From assembly GCA_965140585.1 (NCBI GenBank), contig OZ223265.1, forward strand, positions 256,001-320,000: DNA of 64,000 nt, read 5' to 3'. Below the pieces are notes generated by a model. It saw nothing but the letters and a program-made list of their open reading frames with translations. It was not told the DNA's origin and did not search any database. The DNA comes from Spirochaetia bacterium. Lineage in GTDB: Bacteria; Spirochaetota; Spirochaetia; UBA9216. A program made the position numbers and the translations under genes. Shown here one piece after another: positions 30,674 to 41,435 of this stretch (within the stretch, counting starts at the first letter, position 1; each line of letters opens with the position of its first letter).

Positions 30674-31551
30674 ATGTACCCGCCCTTTCTCAGGGTTTCA
30701 AGCCCTCCGCCGTCGGCCTTGTCCTGTGCACGGCCCGATCGTTCAGCCACGTTTTTCAGCCTGCCGGATTTCAGTTCAGCTATTATTTCATCAACATTGC
30801 GCGATTCAGAATCTATCGGGGTGGTACAGGGATAACAGCCCAGAGATCTGTATCTTTTTCCGTCACCCTGGTTGTAGTAGAGTGATACCGTTGGAATATT
30901 TTCCTTTTTTATATATTCCCAGATGTTAAGCTCGGTCCAATCCAGAAGCGGATGGATCCGCAGATGCGTGCCCGGGGCAAAATCTGTCTTGTACTGGTTC
31001 CAAAATTCCGGGGGCTGGTCACCTATGTCCCACTGATTTTCAACATCGCGCGGAGAGAAATACCGCTCCTTCGACCGGCTCCCTTCCTCATCGGAGCGGG
31101 CTCCGACAATTACACCAGTGTAGGGCTCGCGGTCTGTATCAACATCATACTGAACGGTCGTAAGATTCAGCCGGTAGCGCCTGCCGCGCCCGCTGAGGGT
31201 ATCACGGAGGGGTTCTGTCTTCAGATTTTTACAGCAGCCGAGCCTGTCGGTATTGCCGTCCGGATATGTGTGCTTACTCCTGACGGCGTCCTCATTCTGT
31301 CCGTAGATCATAGTCAGCTTCCACTCCATCGCAAGCCGGTCACGGTATTCAATCATTTCCGGTATCTTGTATGAGGTATCAATATGCACCAGAGGAAACG
31401 GCACATGGCCGAAAAAGGCCTTTCTGGCAAGCCAGAGCAGCACAGTGCTGTCCTTGCCTATAGACCACAGCATGCAGAGATTTTTAAAGCTGGCATATGC
31501 CTCACGCATTATATAAACGCTGCGACTCTCAAGATGCTCAAGCTGGTTCAT
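30670..31551 (-). CDS. cysD: Sulfate adenylyltransferase small subunit
   Basis: [35 protein letters not shown]. Confidence 0.93.
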   Translation of the reverse strand: MNQLEHLESRSVYIMREAYASFKNLCMLWSIGKDSTVLLWLARKAFFGHVPFPLVHIDTSYKIPEMIEYRDRLAMEWKLTMIYGQNEDAVRSKHTYPDGNTDRLGCCKNLKTEPLRDTLSGRGRRYRLNLTTVQYDVDTDREPYTGVIVGARSDEEGSRSKERYFSPRDVENQWDIGDQPPEFWNQYKTDFAPGTHLRIHPLLDWTELNIWEYIKKENIPTVSLYYNQGDGKRYRSLGCYPCTTPIDSESRNVDEIIAELKSGRLKNVAERSGRAQDKADGGGLETLRKGGYM

Positions 31552-32146
31552 TAATAATTTTCCTTTCTTTAAGAAGACTGATTATGGAAGAGGTACATTC
31601 ATCAATACTGCTTTTTGAGGTATCAAGTACAAGTTCTGGGGCGGTGGGGGCCTCATATGGAGAACTCATCCCAGTAAACTCAGATATTTCACCCTTCCTG
31701 GCCCGGGCATACAAGCCTTTTACGTCCCTGCTCTCACATTCTTCAATAGGGCAGCTTAAATATATTTCGATGAATTCGTTTGAACCGAGTTTTGCTCTTA
31801 TGCTGTCACGGTCTTTACGGAAGGGGCTAATAAATGCGGCAATTGTAACAAGTCCGGCATCAGCAAAGAGTTTTCCAACCTCGCCAACCCTTCTAATATT
31901 TTCAGCCCTGTCGGCGTCTGAAAAACCAAGGTCCGAGTTCAGACCGTTTCTGATATTATCACCGTCGAGGATATAGGCGTAAACGCCCATACCGAAAAGC
32001 TTTTGCCCAGTGGCCTTTGCGATCGTCGATTTACCGGAACCGGAAAGCCCGGTAAACCACAGAAGTGTTCCCTGATGTCTGTTCTTTTCAGTTCTTTCAG
32101 CTTTGCTGACAGCCGGAAGTTCCGGAAAAATATTGATTCCGCTCAT
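31538..32146 (-). CDS. cysC: Adenylyl-sulfate kinase
   Basis: [35 protein letters not shown]. Confidence 0.95.
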   Translation of the reverse strand: MSGINIFPELPAVSKAERTEKNRHQGTLLWFTGLSGSGKSTIAKATGQKLFGMGVYAYILDGDNIRNGLNSDLGFSDADRAENIRRVGEVGKLFADAGLVTIAAFISPFRKDRDSIRAKLGSNEFIEIYLSCPIEECESRDVKGLYARARKGEISEFTGMSSPYEAPTAPELVLDTSKSSIDECTSSIISLLKERKIINEPA

Positions 32147-32406
32147 ACTGGATAATCATTTTACAGGATTATTCGGCAGAAATTTAAAAAATGGAAATTA
32201 TTAACCTATTTTTCACAATCGCTGAACCCCTTAGCCTTTATATCAGTCTTGAAATAATCATCTATATAGATCCTGAGTTATGTTACATTTCTGCTTTTCG
32301 ACTTTGCCTTTTCCGCAACCTTTGTTACTTTTTCAAGCCCAAGCACTTCCCTTTTCAGCAGGCTGGTATTTTTAAGAAAAATATAAACTTCGGACATTTT
32401 TAGAAA

Positions 32407-33555
32407 TTAACCGTATATTTTTTTTATTAAACAGAAATCGCTTTCTATTCTTTCCTTGGAAAAACCGGCAAAGCTGAAATCAATATTTGTATGCTTTTTA
32501 CTGTGCTTTTCTTCACGTTTTCGGGCAAGGATTTCAATGTAGGAAGGATCCGGATTAAGATCAGCATATCTGAAAATTTCAGTTATTACTTTGTCCGGTT
32601 CTGATCTGAGATCATTGAATTTAACAGTCAACAGCTGGCCATCAGGAATTTCATTCTTGATCTTCTCAAAATAGAAATACAGCTTCAGTGAAAATACATA
32701 TTTGTTATTCAGATATTTCACCATTTCCTTTTTATTCAGCCTATTTTTTACAAAATTGTAATGAAGTGAGAAAAAGGAAGGAATAGTCTCAGATGGATCT
32801 CTGTATATGTAGACAAACCTGGCATCAGGAAAATGTTTGAGAATCTGTTTGATCCGCAGGACCGAAGGATTTGACTTCAGAAGTGAACGTTTTTTGCCTT
32901 GTGAAACAAGCTGACGTTTGATGTAGTCTTTGAGAAATAAAATATCTACCTCTTCATTCCTCTCATCGTTCCAGCCAGCCCTTATTCCGGGTTCGCTGTT
33001 ATAGTCATCAGTAATCATCCAGGGACAAAACACTGTTATCATCTCAGAGTTCAGCGTATGAAGAAAAAGGCCTTCATCTTCCTCAATATCATAAAGAGCC
33101 ATTTTGTGTCCCTTTTCTTCGGACTTCAGGAGGTTCATCCTGTTGAAAATGCCTGCAATGGGCGTAAATAATTTCATCATGATGAGTGAGGGAAAAAGCA
33201 GGGTCCTAAAGGTACTAAACGATACAGTATCTGAACCGGCAATAAGTTGCTGAAGATATGTTGTACCACTTCGATGATGGCCGAGTACGATGATAGGTTT
33301 TTCAACTTTAATAGTGTTGATCTGGGGGTAGAACAGAGGATCAAATCTAAACAGTAGACGCATAAAACCATGAAACGGTAGAAATACAATCAGGTAAAAA
33401 AAAGTCTCAATTATTTTCCCCCTTTTCAGATGGGCTGTGAGAAAGTCTCTAAACCTGAATAAAAGGATTCGTAAATAGCTATTTTTAATATCTCCCATTA
33501 AAAAATAATAGAATAAAAAAACCGGTGCAGCAACAAACCACTGAGTAATTAACAT
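32407..33555 (-). CDS. PAPS-dependent sulfotransferase with N-terminal membrane segments
   Basis: KPIIVLGHHRSGTTYL 5'-PSB loop, LLKSNP, FPDARFVYIYRDP...S 3'-PB motif. Confidence 0.85.
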   Translation of the reverse strand: MLITQWFVAAPVFLFYYFLMGDIKNSYLRILLFRFRDFLTAHLKRGKIIETFFYLIVFLPFHGFMRLLFRFDPLFYPQINTIKVEKPIIVLGHHRSGTTYLQQLIAGSDTVSFSTFRTLLFPSLIMMKLFTPIAGIFNRMNLLKSEEKGHKMALYDIEEDEGLFLHTLNSEMITVFCPWMITDDYNSEPGIRAGWNDERNEEVDILFLKDYIKRQLVSQGKKRSLLKSNPSVLRIKQILKHFPDARFVYIYRDPSETIPSFFSLHYNFVKNRLNKKEMVKYLNNKYVFSLKLYFYFEKIKNEIPDGQLLTVKFNDLRSEPDKVITEIFRYADLNPDPSYIEILARKREEKHSKKHTNIDFSFAGFSKERIESDFCLIKKIYG

Positions 33556-33669
33556 TTAACTAACGAATATAGAAAACTTTTAATAATTCATTTGTTCTCC
33601 GGAATAAACAAGAATATTGCCTGGAAGTCCAACTAAATCAACTTTGCAATATATCTTTCAAACTTTTCC

Positions 33670-33903
33670 TTAACCTCTTCCGTAAAAAGTCAGAAAGCTG
33701 ATTATTTCAAGGCTGCCTGAATATTATTTAATTAAATCGTTCAGGGGTGCGGGAATCCTTCCCATATACAGGGGACCGCATAATACTGCAGAATTATAAT
33801 TACTGAAATCTTTTTTTCTGCCCTGTTGCCTAAACTCAATCCTGTTAAAGTCGCAATCAATATGAAAAAAATCCCGGGACTCGCGGTGGCAGGTATTTAA
33901 CAT
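33670..33903 (-). pseudogene. Flavodoxin-domain remnant
   Basis: 59-codon frame with DFSNYNSAVLCGPLYMGRIPAPLNDLIK, stop at 33724-33726, then SFLTFYG; resembles the flavodoxin DxxxYDxxxxGxPxYxG segment. Confidence 0.4.
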
Positions 33904-34009
33904 CCTTACCTGCTTATTATTCTATAGTTAGTGCGATTCTGCGTACAAAAAATATTAAATTTAAATAAATTTACGGACAGAAACGGGATTTTTGTAATTT
34001 TCCTTGTTA

Positions 34010-34035
34010 TATAATATAACATGCGTTATATTATA
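34010..34035. promoter_or_regulatory. Probable TetR operator
   Basis: TATAATATAAC-ATGC-GTTATATTATA perfect 11-bp inverted repeat overlapping a TATAAT box, upstream of operon encoding TetR. Confidence 0.7.
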
Positions 34036-34066
34036 AGTGTTATACAAATAAAAAAGGAGTCAGGCA

Positions 34067-34525
34067 GTGAGATTATACGTTTTCTTATTAACAATACTCG
34101 TAACTGGACTGATATTGCCTTTTTCTCTTTTTTCAGAATCGGAGGGTGAAAAACTCTTATCGATTAAAGGAACAATACTGCTGAATAAAAATACTGAGGG
34201 AGATCTTCACATACTACTTGTAGACAGGCAGACATTCAAAGTTCCTTTGAAAGGCATTTCAGAGCTCATAATTGCTGTCGCGGAAGAAAATTATACGTAT
34301 GGACCTGTTCAATTTGATTTTAATAATATCCCCCCAGGAATCTATGGTATCAGGTGTTTCATTGATACTGACGGCGATGGAAAACTTAACAGGGGGATGA
34401 CTGGACCGACAGAACCCTGGGGAATGAGTTGGCGGGAAGATATAAATGCAGGATGGCCCAAATCTGAAAACATAGCCTTTGAACTGAATAACAACCTTTC
34501 TGGTATAGAAATTGAAATTAAATAA
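34067..34525 (+). CDS. DUF2141-like secreted protein
   Basis: Signal peptide; FNNIPPGIYGI..FIDTDGDGKLN..GPTEPWGMS. Confidence 0.7.
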   Translation: MRLYVFLLTILVTGLILPFSLFSESEGEKLLSIKGTILLNKNTEGDLHILLVDRQTFKVPLKGISELIIAVAEENYTYGPVQFDFNNIPPGIYGIRCFIDTDGDGKLNRGMTGPTEPWGMSWREDINAGWPKSENIAFELNNNLSGIEIEIK

Positions 34526-34539
34526 ACGGAGTTGAAAAA

Positions 34540-35145
34540 TTGCCGCCGAAAGAAAAATACAACAGGAGAATCATCTTGGAGAAAGCCTTTGAACTTGTAA
34601 GGGAAGACGGTTTCGAACAGCTTTCTGCCCGTAATATCGCTAAAAGAATGGGTTGCTCAACTCAGCCTGTTTACAGTTCATTCAATTCAACTGAGGAAAT
34701 TGAAGCGGAACTGATTATCAGAACAAAGGCCTATGCACAGAGTGAAATTCTTTCACATGTGGATAAAGAAAGCAATTTCCTTTCAATAGGAATGGGATAT
34801 TATCTCTTTTCACAGAAAGAACCGGCACTGTTCAGAGGTCTTTTTATAAACGGAGGCTGGAAATGGAATTTCTCAAAGGAAGATCCTTTTTTCTGCCCAA
34901 TACTCGCAAAAATGCGTAAAGACAGTTTCCTTGAAGATCTTGAAGACGATAAACTCGCAGAACTCTTTAGGGACATGTTTATCTACACACATGGACTGGC
35001 GGCGCAGGCGGATCTAAGTGACAAAGTATCACCTGTCGATTATGTCAGGGGTTTATTGAGAAAACTTGGCGGAATACTCATTGTATCCGCAAAGATGAAT
35101 AATTCACTCGATATTGAGAAATTAATGAGGAGATTTCACGGATGA
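34540..35145 (+). CDS. TetR/AcrR family regulator
   Basis: MPPK...AFELVREDGFEQLSARNIAKRMGCSTQPVYSSF. Confidence 0.9.
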   Translation: MPPKEKYNRRIILEKAFELVREDGFEQLSARNIAKRMGCSTQPVYSSFNSTEEIEAELIIRTKAYAQSEILSHVDKESNFLSIGMGYYLFSQKEPALFRGLFINGGWKWNFSKEDPFFCPILAKMRKDSFLEDLEDDKLAELFRDMFIYTHGLAAQADLSDKVSPVDYVRGLLRKLGGILIVSAKMNNSLDIEKLMRRFHG

Positions 35146-36569
35146 AAAGTATGAAGATTGTAATATTAAACGGCTCACCAAAAGGAATGTTAAGCGTAAC
35201 CATGCAGTATATGAAATATCTTGAATTAAGATATCCGAACCATCAATATGAATATATCAATGCCGCCCAAAGCTTTAAAAAATACGAGCGAAATATTGAT
35301 GCTTTTAATGAGGTCATGGCAAAGATTTCGGAAGCTGATCTTATTCTATGGGCCTACCCCCTTTACTTTCTACTGGTATGTTCCCAGTATAAAAGGTTCA
35401 TCGAACTTGTGTTTGAAAGAAACAGGGCATCAGTTTTTGAAGGTAAATATTCAGCAGCTTTAAGTACATCAATTCACTTTTTTGACAACACCGCACTTAA
35501 TTACATACATGCTGTAAGCGATGATTTGAATATGAAATTCCTTGATGGAATTACTGCAAAGATGGATGATCTTAAAAATCCGGTTTTCCAGAAGGATTTT
35601 GATCTGATTTTTACAGAATGGATCAAGGCAATAGAAAACAGGCAGTCTTATACTAAAAACTTTACACCTGTCAAGTATAGCACAGCCGAATTTATCCCTC
35701 AAATTCAGCCGGCTTTTTTAATGAAGACCGGTAAATTTTCAGAAAATATTCTAAAGGTCAGTATTGTAGGTGATCTTGAGGGTGAAAACAGCAATATTAG
35801 AAAAATGGCAGAACAGGCTGCTTTAGAGTTCGGATTATCGAATATAGAACCTGCGATTATTGATTTGGGAAAACTGAAATTCGGGCCATGTACCGGCTGC
35901 CTTAAATGCGGATTCGATAATATTTGTGAATATGACGGAAAGGATGAATTCATAAACATCCACAGACATACGATACTTGAATCAGACATAATTGTATTTG
36001 CCGGAGAAATCCACGACAGATACCTAAGCGCAAAATGGCAGCGTTACCTTGACCGAAGCTTTAACAAAACCCATAAACTCACTCTTAAAGATAAACAGAT
36101 TGGATTTCTAATCAGCGGACCTCTGTCGCAGAACTATAACATCAGAACAGTTCTGCAGGCTTATGCAGAAGTAAACATGGGAAATATTGCCGGATTTATA
36201 TCCGACGAATCAGGTAACAACGATGAAATAAGCGACACTATTTCCGCCATGACTGAAAAACTTAGAAGCAGGGTTTTAAAGAGTTTTATAAAACCAACAA
36301 GTTTTCTGGGGGTCGGCGGACAGAAGGTTTTCAGGGACGATATTTTCAGTCATCTCCGGTTTGTATTTCAGGCTGATCATAAATTCTTCAAAGAACATGG
36401 ACTTTATGATTTCCCGCAACGGAAACTGAAACAAAGAATGATGACCAGCGCTGCAATTATAGCCACAAAAATTCCTCCGCTGAAACGCAAAATCAGACAG
36501 CAACTGAGACAGGGAATGGTGAGTTCATATAAGGGAGTTCTAAAAAAGGTAGAAGCAAATAAATATTAA
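35142..36569 (+). CDS. Tandem flavodoxin-fold NAD(P)H-dependent FMN reductase / iron-sulfur flavoprotein-like
   Basis: ILNGSPKG N-domain; second domain PCTGCLKC...C, ILESDIIVF. Confidence 0.8.
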   Translation: MKSMKIVILNGSPKGMLSVTMQYMKYLELRYPNHQYEYINAAQSFKKYERNIDAFNEVMAKISEADLILWAYPLYFLLVCSQYKRFIELVFERNRASVFEGKYSAALSTSIHFFDNTALNYIHAVSDDLNMKFLDGITAKMDDLKNPVFQKDFDLIFTEWIKAIENRQSYTKNFTPVKYSTAEFIPQIQPAFLMKTGKFSENILKVSIVGDLEGENSNIRKMAEQAALEFGLSNIEPAIIDLGKLKFGPCTGCLKCGFDNICEYDGKDEFINIHRHTILESDIIVFAGEIHDRYLSAKWQRYLDRSFNKTHKLTLKDKQIGFLISGPLSQNYNIRTVLQAYAEVNMGNIAGFISDESGNNDEISDTISAMTEKLRSRVLKSFIKPTSFLGVGGQKVFRDDIFSHLRFVFQADHKFFKEHGLYDFPQRKLKQRMMTSAAIIATKIPPLKRKIRQQLRQGMVSSYKGVLKKVEANKY

Positions 36570-36830
36570 TTAATTTCTGCGACTGTTTTCAAGTGAGATC
36601 AAAAAGCTGATACAGGAGATGAAGCGTGAGAGTCGCTTTGGAGAGGTGATAGAATTGCCGATGTAGATAGCGATTCATACCTCGGGAATGTTAAAACAAA
36701 CATATTTGAGGCGGATTATATCACCATTATTTACCGCTCAACTGCCTAATAATCTAAATAGCCAGAACACGTGCAGATCTGTAATTCACACGGAGATATA
36801 AATTCAGCAAATATAACCAGCTACATTATT

Positions 36831-37229
36831 TTATTCATCTTTCCATCTGAAAGCAATAATAATAATTATCACTGTAGTTGTAATTTCTACTATACTGAAG
36901 AAAATATAGTGATAAGAATTAGAGTCTGAAAACAAGGAACCTGCCTGTATCAGGGTTAATAAGATTCCCGTAATAATGTTTAATAATTTATTTAATCTAA
37001 ATTTTAAAATTCGTGATAATACTATCATCACCATCGGGATTTCCATTATTATGGCAAATGCTAAGAGAAAACTCTGGGTTATCTTGATTCCTCCGATATT
37101 TCCTGCCAATATCTGTTTTAATTCTTCATGATACATGAGTGTAAAGACATCACAAAAAATATAGTTTATTGTTACAAATACCCAGAGAATTGATAAAAAT
37201 AATTTCACATCGATTTTTTCTGTTTTCAT
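36831..37229 (-). CDS. DUF6326-like membrane protein
   Basis: LSILWVFVTINYIFCDV, MEIPMVMIVLS, YIFFSIVE. Confidence 0.65.
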   Translation of the reverse strand: MKTEKIDVKLFLSILWVFVTINYIFCDVFTLMYHEELKQILAGNIGGIKITQSFLLAFAIIMEIPMVMIVLSRILKFRLNKLLNIITGILLTLIQAGSLFSDSNSYHYIFFSIVEITTTVIIIIIAFRWKDE

Positions 37230-37244
37230 GTTTTTTAAACTCCT

Positions 37245-37958
37245 TTATTTATTCCTTGTTACAAGATAAAAAACTGCTGCTATGAGAAACCAGGTAATTG
37301 ACAAGGGAATTATGTAAATCAATTCCCCGATTACTGGAATTAGAAAGACATTTCCGAGGTTTATTGCCCAGTGAAAAAGAACTGCACAAAAAAGAGGGAG
37401 ACCTTTCCTGGTAAGTGAGCCTAAAACATACCGATAGCTTACCATCAGTAAAATAAAAAACAGAAAGAAAACAATGCCGTTCTGATATTGTCCGACGTGC
37501 CAGAGAGCCCATAGTACTCCTCCGATAAAAGCCCTGAGCGGCAGAGAACGCGTATTCTCCAATTCTCTGTCCATAAAACCCTTCCAGCCTATTTCCTCGC
37601 CGATTGCCCCTATCGGCATCCAGATTAGTAATAAAAACGACGGGATGGATACTGGCGTCAGGTTAAGTTCAGATTCAATTAAATTTAAAATGAAGAAAAA
37701 CAGCAATCCCGATACTGCCGGTAGAATAAAAGCTAAAGCAGGCTTTATAAATAATTTTTCTTCACTGTTCCGTATCTGTAATTTCCGGTAAAAAATAAAT
37801 GAGACAATTAACCCCGACAATCCCGGAGCCAGCTGGGGCAGAATAAACATATTACTGCTTATTGACGCCTGCTGCTGTATGCCCCCAAGCAGTATTGTAA
37901 AAACGAAGGTTACAACATAGTAAAGCAGGATTTTCAGGATTATTCTTTCATTACTCAT
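37245..37958 (-). CDS. CPBP (CAAX protease/Abi) intramembrane metalloprotease
   Basis: GEEIGWKG, LWALWH, FHWAIN; start ATG 37958 behind GGAG. Confidence 0.85.
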   Translation of the reverse strand: MSNERIILKILLYYVVTFVFTILLGGIQQQASISSNMFILPQLAPGLSGLIVSFIFYRKLQIRNSEEKLFIKPALAFILPAVSGLLFFFILNLIESELNLTPVSIPSFLLLIWMPIGAIGEEIGWKGFMDRELENTRSLPLRAFIGGVLWALWHVGQYQNGIVFFLFFILLMVSYRYVLGSLTRKGLPLFCAVLFHWAINLGNVFLIPVIGELIYIIPLSITWFLIAAVFYLVTRNK

Positions 37959-37974
37959 TAACATGCTCCAGGAA

Positions 37975-38739
37975 TCACTGAAATAAATAATCCTCATAGT
38001 AGATATCGCTATAAATATAATGTAAACCTTTGTCTGTGATTGTATACTTTACGTTTCCGCCGGCCTTTTTCAGTTTATTAATATAATTCACTTCATCTTC
38101 AAGTTTTATTGATGGGTCATTCCGATCATGAAACGCCCATATTGGAATATTTACAATTTTTTTGGGGTTATTATTCATAACAACCGGATAGCCCCCTCCG
38201 CTGATAGGGGATGCAGCGGCAAAAAGATCAGGGCAATCAGCAGCAAAATCCCATGTACCCATTCCTCCCATACTCACACCTGTCAGATAAATCCGTGATT
38301 CATCAATACTGTAAACTTCTATAATTTCATCTGTAAGCTTTTTCAGTTTTCCTGAAATAATTGACCATCCTGTTGTCTTGGGACAAAGCGGAGAAACAGT
38401 GATAAAAGGAAAATCCTCTTTTGTAGAGGCATAGTGTGCAAGACCCCATCCTTCACCATCAGGATTATTCAATACTTTTTCGATTCCGGTTTCGCGTTCC
38501 TCCAGGCTATGGAGAAAAATGATCAACGGATAATTTGCACCGGGCTCATTGAAGTAATTAGCCGGCAGTGTAATTATATAATTCAGTTTAGACTTCTGAG
38601 AATGTTCAAATTTAATCTCGCTCCCATTTTCCCCAGTCGCAGGATCAGGCAGCTCAATTATATTATTCGGAACACATGAATTTAGAATTGGAATTATTGT
38701 CAGTATCACCATTAATGAAAATTTAGTTTTCTTTTTCAT
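37975..38739 (-). CDS. Lipoprotein alpha/beta-hydrolase (esterase/peptidase)
   Basis: LNSC lipobox; YPLIIFLH, RIYLTGVSMGGMGTW, PIWAFH. Confidence 0.8.
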   Translation of the reverse strand: MKKKTKFSLMVILTIIPILNSCVPNNIIELPDPATGENGSEIKFEHSQKSKLNYIITLPANYFNEPGANYPLIIFLHSLEERETGIEKVLNNPDGEGWGLAHYASTKEDFPFITVSPLCPKTTGWSIISGKLKKLTDEIIEVYSIDESRIYLTGVSMGGMGTWDFAADCPDLFAAASPISGGGYPVVMNNNPKKIVNIPIWAFHDRNDPSIKLEDEVNYINKLKKAGGNVKYTITDKGLHYIYSDIYYEDYLFQ

Positions 38740-39499
38740 TACGAACCGAATTATTTTTCTTTAATAAATATATTGAAATGATAATCATCATAAGCAGAAT
38801 TCCAAGCCCTCGGAACATTGATAAAGGGCCGTTTAACTTATCGGTACCGAAATTAACAAGGACATCCCATACCGCTCCAACTCCCCAGTAAAAAGGAAAC
38901 ACTATCAGAATGTTGTTTGTTATCCTGAAAACTGAAGCATACATAATTCCAACAAAGAACAATTTAAAAAACTCCGGCTGAAAACCAGCATGGTGAAAAC
39001 TGTAAAATACCGCAGTAAGCAGTATTCCGGGAATAATGCCGAACGATTCTTCAAAAATCTTTCTCAAGAATCCGTATATAAATACCATCTCAAAAATACC
39101 TGACACAAGAATATAAAGAATGGGAAAAATAACTGAGGGCTTTAATAGAATATCACTGCCCATATCGCCGGATTCAAAAAGAAACTGCATAAGCAGAAGT
39201 CCCGCTAAAATAATTCCTGCAATTAAACTGGCGATGGATTTTTCCTTTTTAATACCAAAAAAGGAGACCTTCTCTTTTTTTATTACAAGGATATAATACA
39301 TCGGCAAAGCAAATCCAAGGATTGTCCTTATTAGAAAATCAAGAATTACGAAATTCAGGATGCCAGCCGCGACTGAATCACCGCTATAGAGATACATTGA
39401 ACTGCTTAACAGTATTACTGCAATCCCTGAGATTAAAGCAACTGCAGTGTCTTTAGTGAACTTGAACCTGAAAGTAAACAAAGACCTAATTCTACTCAT
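38723..39499 (-). CDS. CPBP-like intramembrane protease
   Basis: Polytopic; FEMVFIYGF, FYSFHH; degenerate EExxxR. Confidence 0.65.
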   Translation of the reverse strand: MSRIRSLFTFRFKFTKDTAVALISGIAVILLSSSMYLYSGDSVAAGILNFVILDFLIRTILGFALPMYYILVIKKEKVSFFGIKKEKSIASLIAGIILAGLLLMQFLFESGDMGSDILLKPSVIFPILYILVSGIFEMVFIYGFLRKIFEESFGIIPGILLTAVFYSFHHAGFQPEFFKLFFVGIMYASVFRITNNILIVFPFYWGVGAVWDVLVNFGTDKLNGPLSMFRGLGILLMMIIISIYLLKKNNSVRNEKEN

Positions 39500-39506
39500 A
39501 GCAGTT

Positions 39507-40187
39507 TTACCTCCTGTGTAGAAATACTGATGCTATTTTAATACAGAAAATATACCATGGGATAAGCGAAAGCATTGAGAAAATCAAGCCTATCGTTCCG
39601 AATGTTGAAGGGATGCTCATAAGCAGTGCAGATATTAATCCAAATACAGCTGTACTACGGCTGAAGACAAAACTCTTCAACATCACGATTGTATAGAACA
39701 TAAGAGAAACGGCATTCAAAAAATAGTAAACAGTAAATGCGGTACCCTTCCATTCAAGCATAAGAATATCTGCGGACTGCTTCAATTCTGAAAATTCAAA
39801 AGGGGAAATCGAGGCTGAAACGTTCCTGGTTAGGAAAAACATTTCAACACATTTATTGGAGGAAAAATAAGCAGTAGTTCCTATCAACCCCAACATGAGG
39901 GCTATTAGAATTAAGCTTTTATTATCATTAAACAGCGCTGCAGCAATGGCAAGATAAATTACAGCGAGTATAGCATTATTTACAAGATATAAACCATCCA
40001 GGTGAAGGATCCCCAATAAGGGATTGTCCATAAAAAGATAAATCCAGGCTTCCGTATTCTCCGGCATTGGAAAGAGCACGTATATTATAATTTGTACCGG
40101 GATTATAACAAGCATCAGTACAGTTAAGATTCCGGATAGTTTAAAAAGGAATTTCCATTCAGTGAAAATAGAATTACTATTTTCCAT
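39507..40187 (-). CDS. Polytopic membrane protein (DUF4386-like)
   Basis: Six hydrophobic segments; NPLLGILHLD. Confidence 0.55.
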   Translation of the reverse strand: MENSNSIFTEWKFLFKLSGILTVLMLVIIPVQIIIYVLFPMPENTEAWIYLFMDNPLLGILHLDGLYLVNNAILAVIYLAIAAALFNDNKSLILIALMLGLIGTTAYFSSNKCVEMFFLTRNVSASISPFEFSELKQSADILMLEWKGTAFTVYYFLNAVSLMFYTIVMLKSFVFSRSTAVFGLISALLMSIPSTFGTIGLIFSMLSLIPWYIFCIKIASVFLHRR

Positions 40188-40659
40188 TACTGGCAGACTC
40201 CCTGAATAATATTTCAGATTCTTCTTTTACTATCATCATTTCTTTTCTATAAATAGCTATAAAATCTTCTTCATATGGTTTAAACATTTTTGTTCTTATA
40301 TACATGGAATATAATGCTTGAATTTCATTTACCGGTGATGTTTCAAGGATGGAGGTTCCTGTATCACCTTCAAGATCTTTCAGAACTACCTTTCTGTTTT
40401 CATCATATTCAGTGACTGTCCATACTGTAATAAACTCATGCCCCTTAAATGTTCCGGTTGACTTCCAGCTAACACCAAGACCTTCAGTCTCATCGGAAAC
40501 AATCTCCAGTTTGTCATGCAGCATTGGCAGTAATTCATCATAATGCTTATAATCAGTTATTACTGAAAAAACAATTTCTGCAGGCGCATCAATTTCAATT
40601 ACATCATGAAATTCCAAAACCGACATACATCCGGTTAAAATTGACTTTATATTTCTCAT
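40177..40659 (-). CDS. SRPBCC/polyketide cyclase-like protein
   Basis: IEIDAPAEIVFSVITD, GLGVSW, VTEYDENR; alternative start ATG 40626. Confidence 0.75.
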   Translation of the reverse strand: MRNIKSILTGCMSVLEFHDVIEIDAPAEIVFSVITDYKHYDELLPMLHDKLEIVSDETEGLGVSWKSTGTFKGHEFITVWTVTEYDENRKVVLKDLEGDTGTSILETSPVNEIQALYSMYIRTKMFKPYEEDFIAIYRKEMMIVKEESEILFRESASNGK

Positions 40660-40739
40660 GTATAATTATCCTAAACAATACAACACATCTTTTTACCAAG
40701 TATGTGTTATAATTTGGTTAAATAAGGGATATAGAAGAG

Positions 40740-41267
40740 CAAGAGTCAGTATATATGGTTTGGCCGGCTACAAGACCTAATGCAATAGCTTGTCTTACAA
40801 TTTCATCAAATATCTTTTGACAGATATCGGTTTGATTAAACCTTCTTCTTCTGTTCTGACTTAAAGTAGATGCATCGGGAATCTTATCATAGAAGCCGTA
40901 TCCAAGAAACCATCTGTAAGCAAGATTTACCTGGATTTTTTTAACAAGCTGTCTTTCAGTTCTTACCCCGTACAGATATCCTATGAACAAGATTCGAAAC
41001 AGTATTTCAGGATCTATCGTCGGGCGGCCATTATTCTGACAATACAAACCTTTTGCTTGTTCACGAATAAAACTAAAATCTATTGTTGATTGTATTTTCC
41101 TTAACAGGTGGTCTTCTGGTATTAATTCTTCTAGTACTACTGCTTCTATCTCATATTGTTTAGGCTGAACTTCTTTTAACATAAATTCCCCCTATAGGAG
41201 AATTTTATAACAAAAACCCCACCAGGTAAATTCCCTGTGGGTTCTTTCTGACTTTGTCAGCAGTCTG
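40740..41267 (-). mobile_element. Truncated IS1182-family element (left end and transposase N-terminus only)
   Basis: Terminal CAGACTGCTGACAAAG at 41267-41252; ORF 41182-40718 with LIPEDHLLRKI, NGRPTIDP, AYRWFLG, PDASTLSQNRRRR ending just after TIYTDS. Confidence 0.85.
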
Positions 41268-41423
41268 AAGGCAGCACTGCTGCCCCCTTCATATCAATTT
41301 CAATTTCACCGGCAAGAGCGGTTCCAATTTCCGTAATTATATCGCCTTCGACCAGGATATCAGTTACAGTTCCCCAGTTAAGCGCATCGTGGACGGCTGC
41401 ATTTTTAGCAGAATCTTTTTCAT
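41268..41423 (-). pseudogene. Amidohydrolase N-terminal fragment cut by IS1182
   Basis: MKKILLK[fs]AAVHD...DILVEGDIITEIG...IDMKGAAVLP then IS end; typical lead-in to PGxxDxH. Confidence 0.7.
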
Positions 41424-41435
41424 AGGCACAGAATA

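Noticed and set aside
33555-33591. Upstream RBS-ATG extending the sulfotransferase
   Set aside because: Two in-frame TAA codons intervene; repair needs compensating indels that cannot be supported
41270-41287. Hairpin GGCAGCA-C-TGCTGCC as a terminator
   Set aside because: Lies in amidohydrolase coding remnant with no T tract; at most an IS target feature
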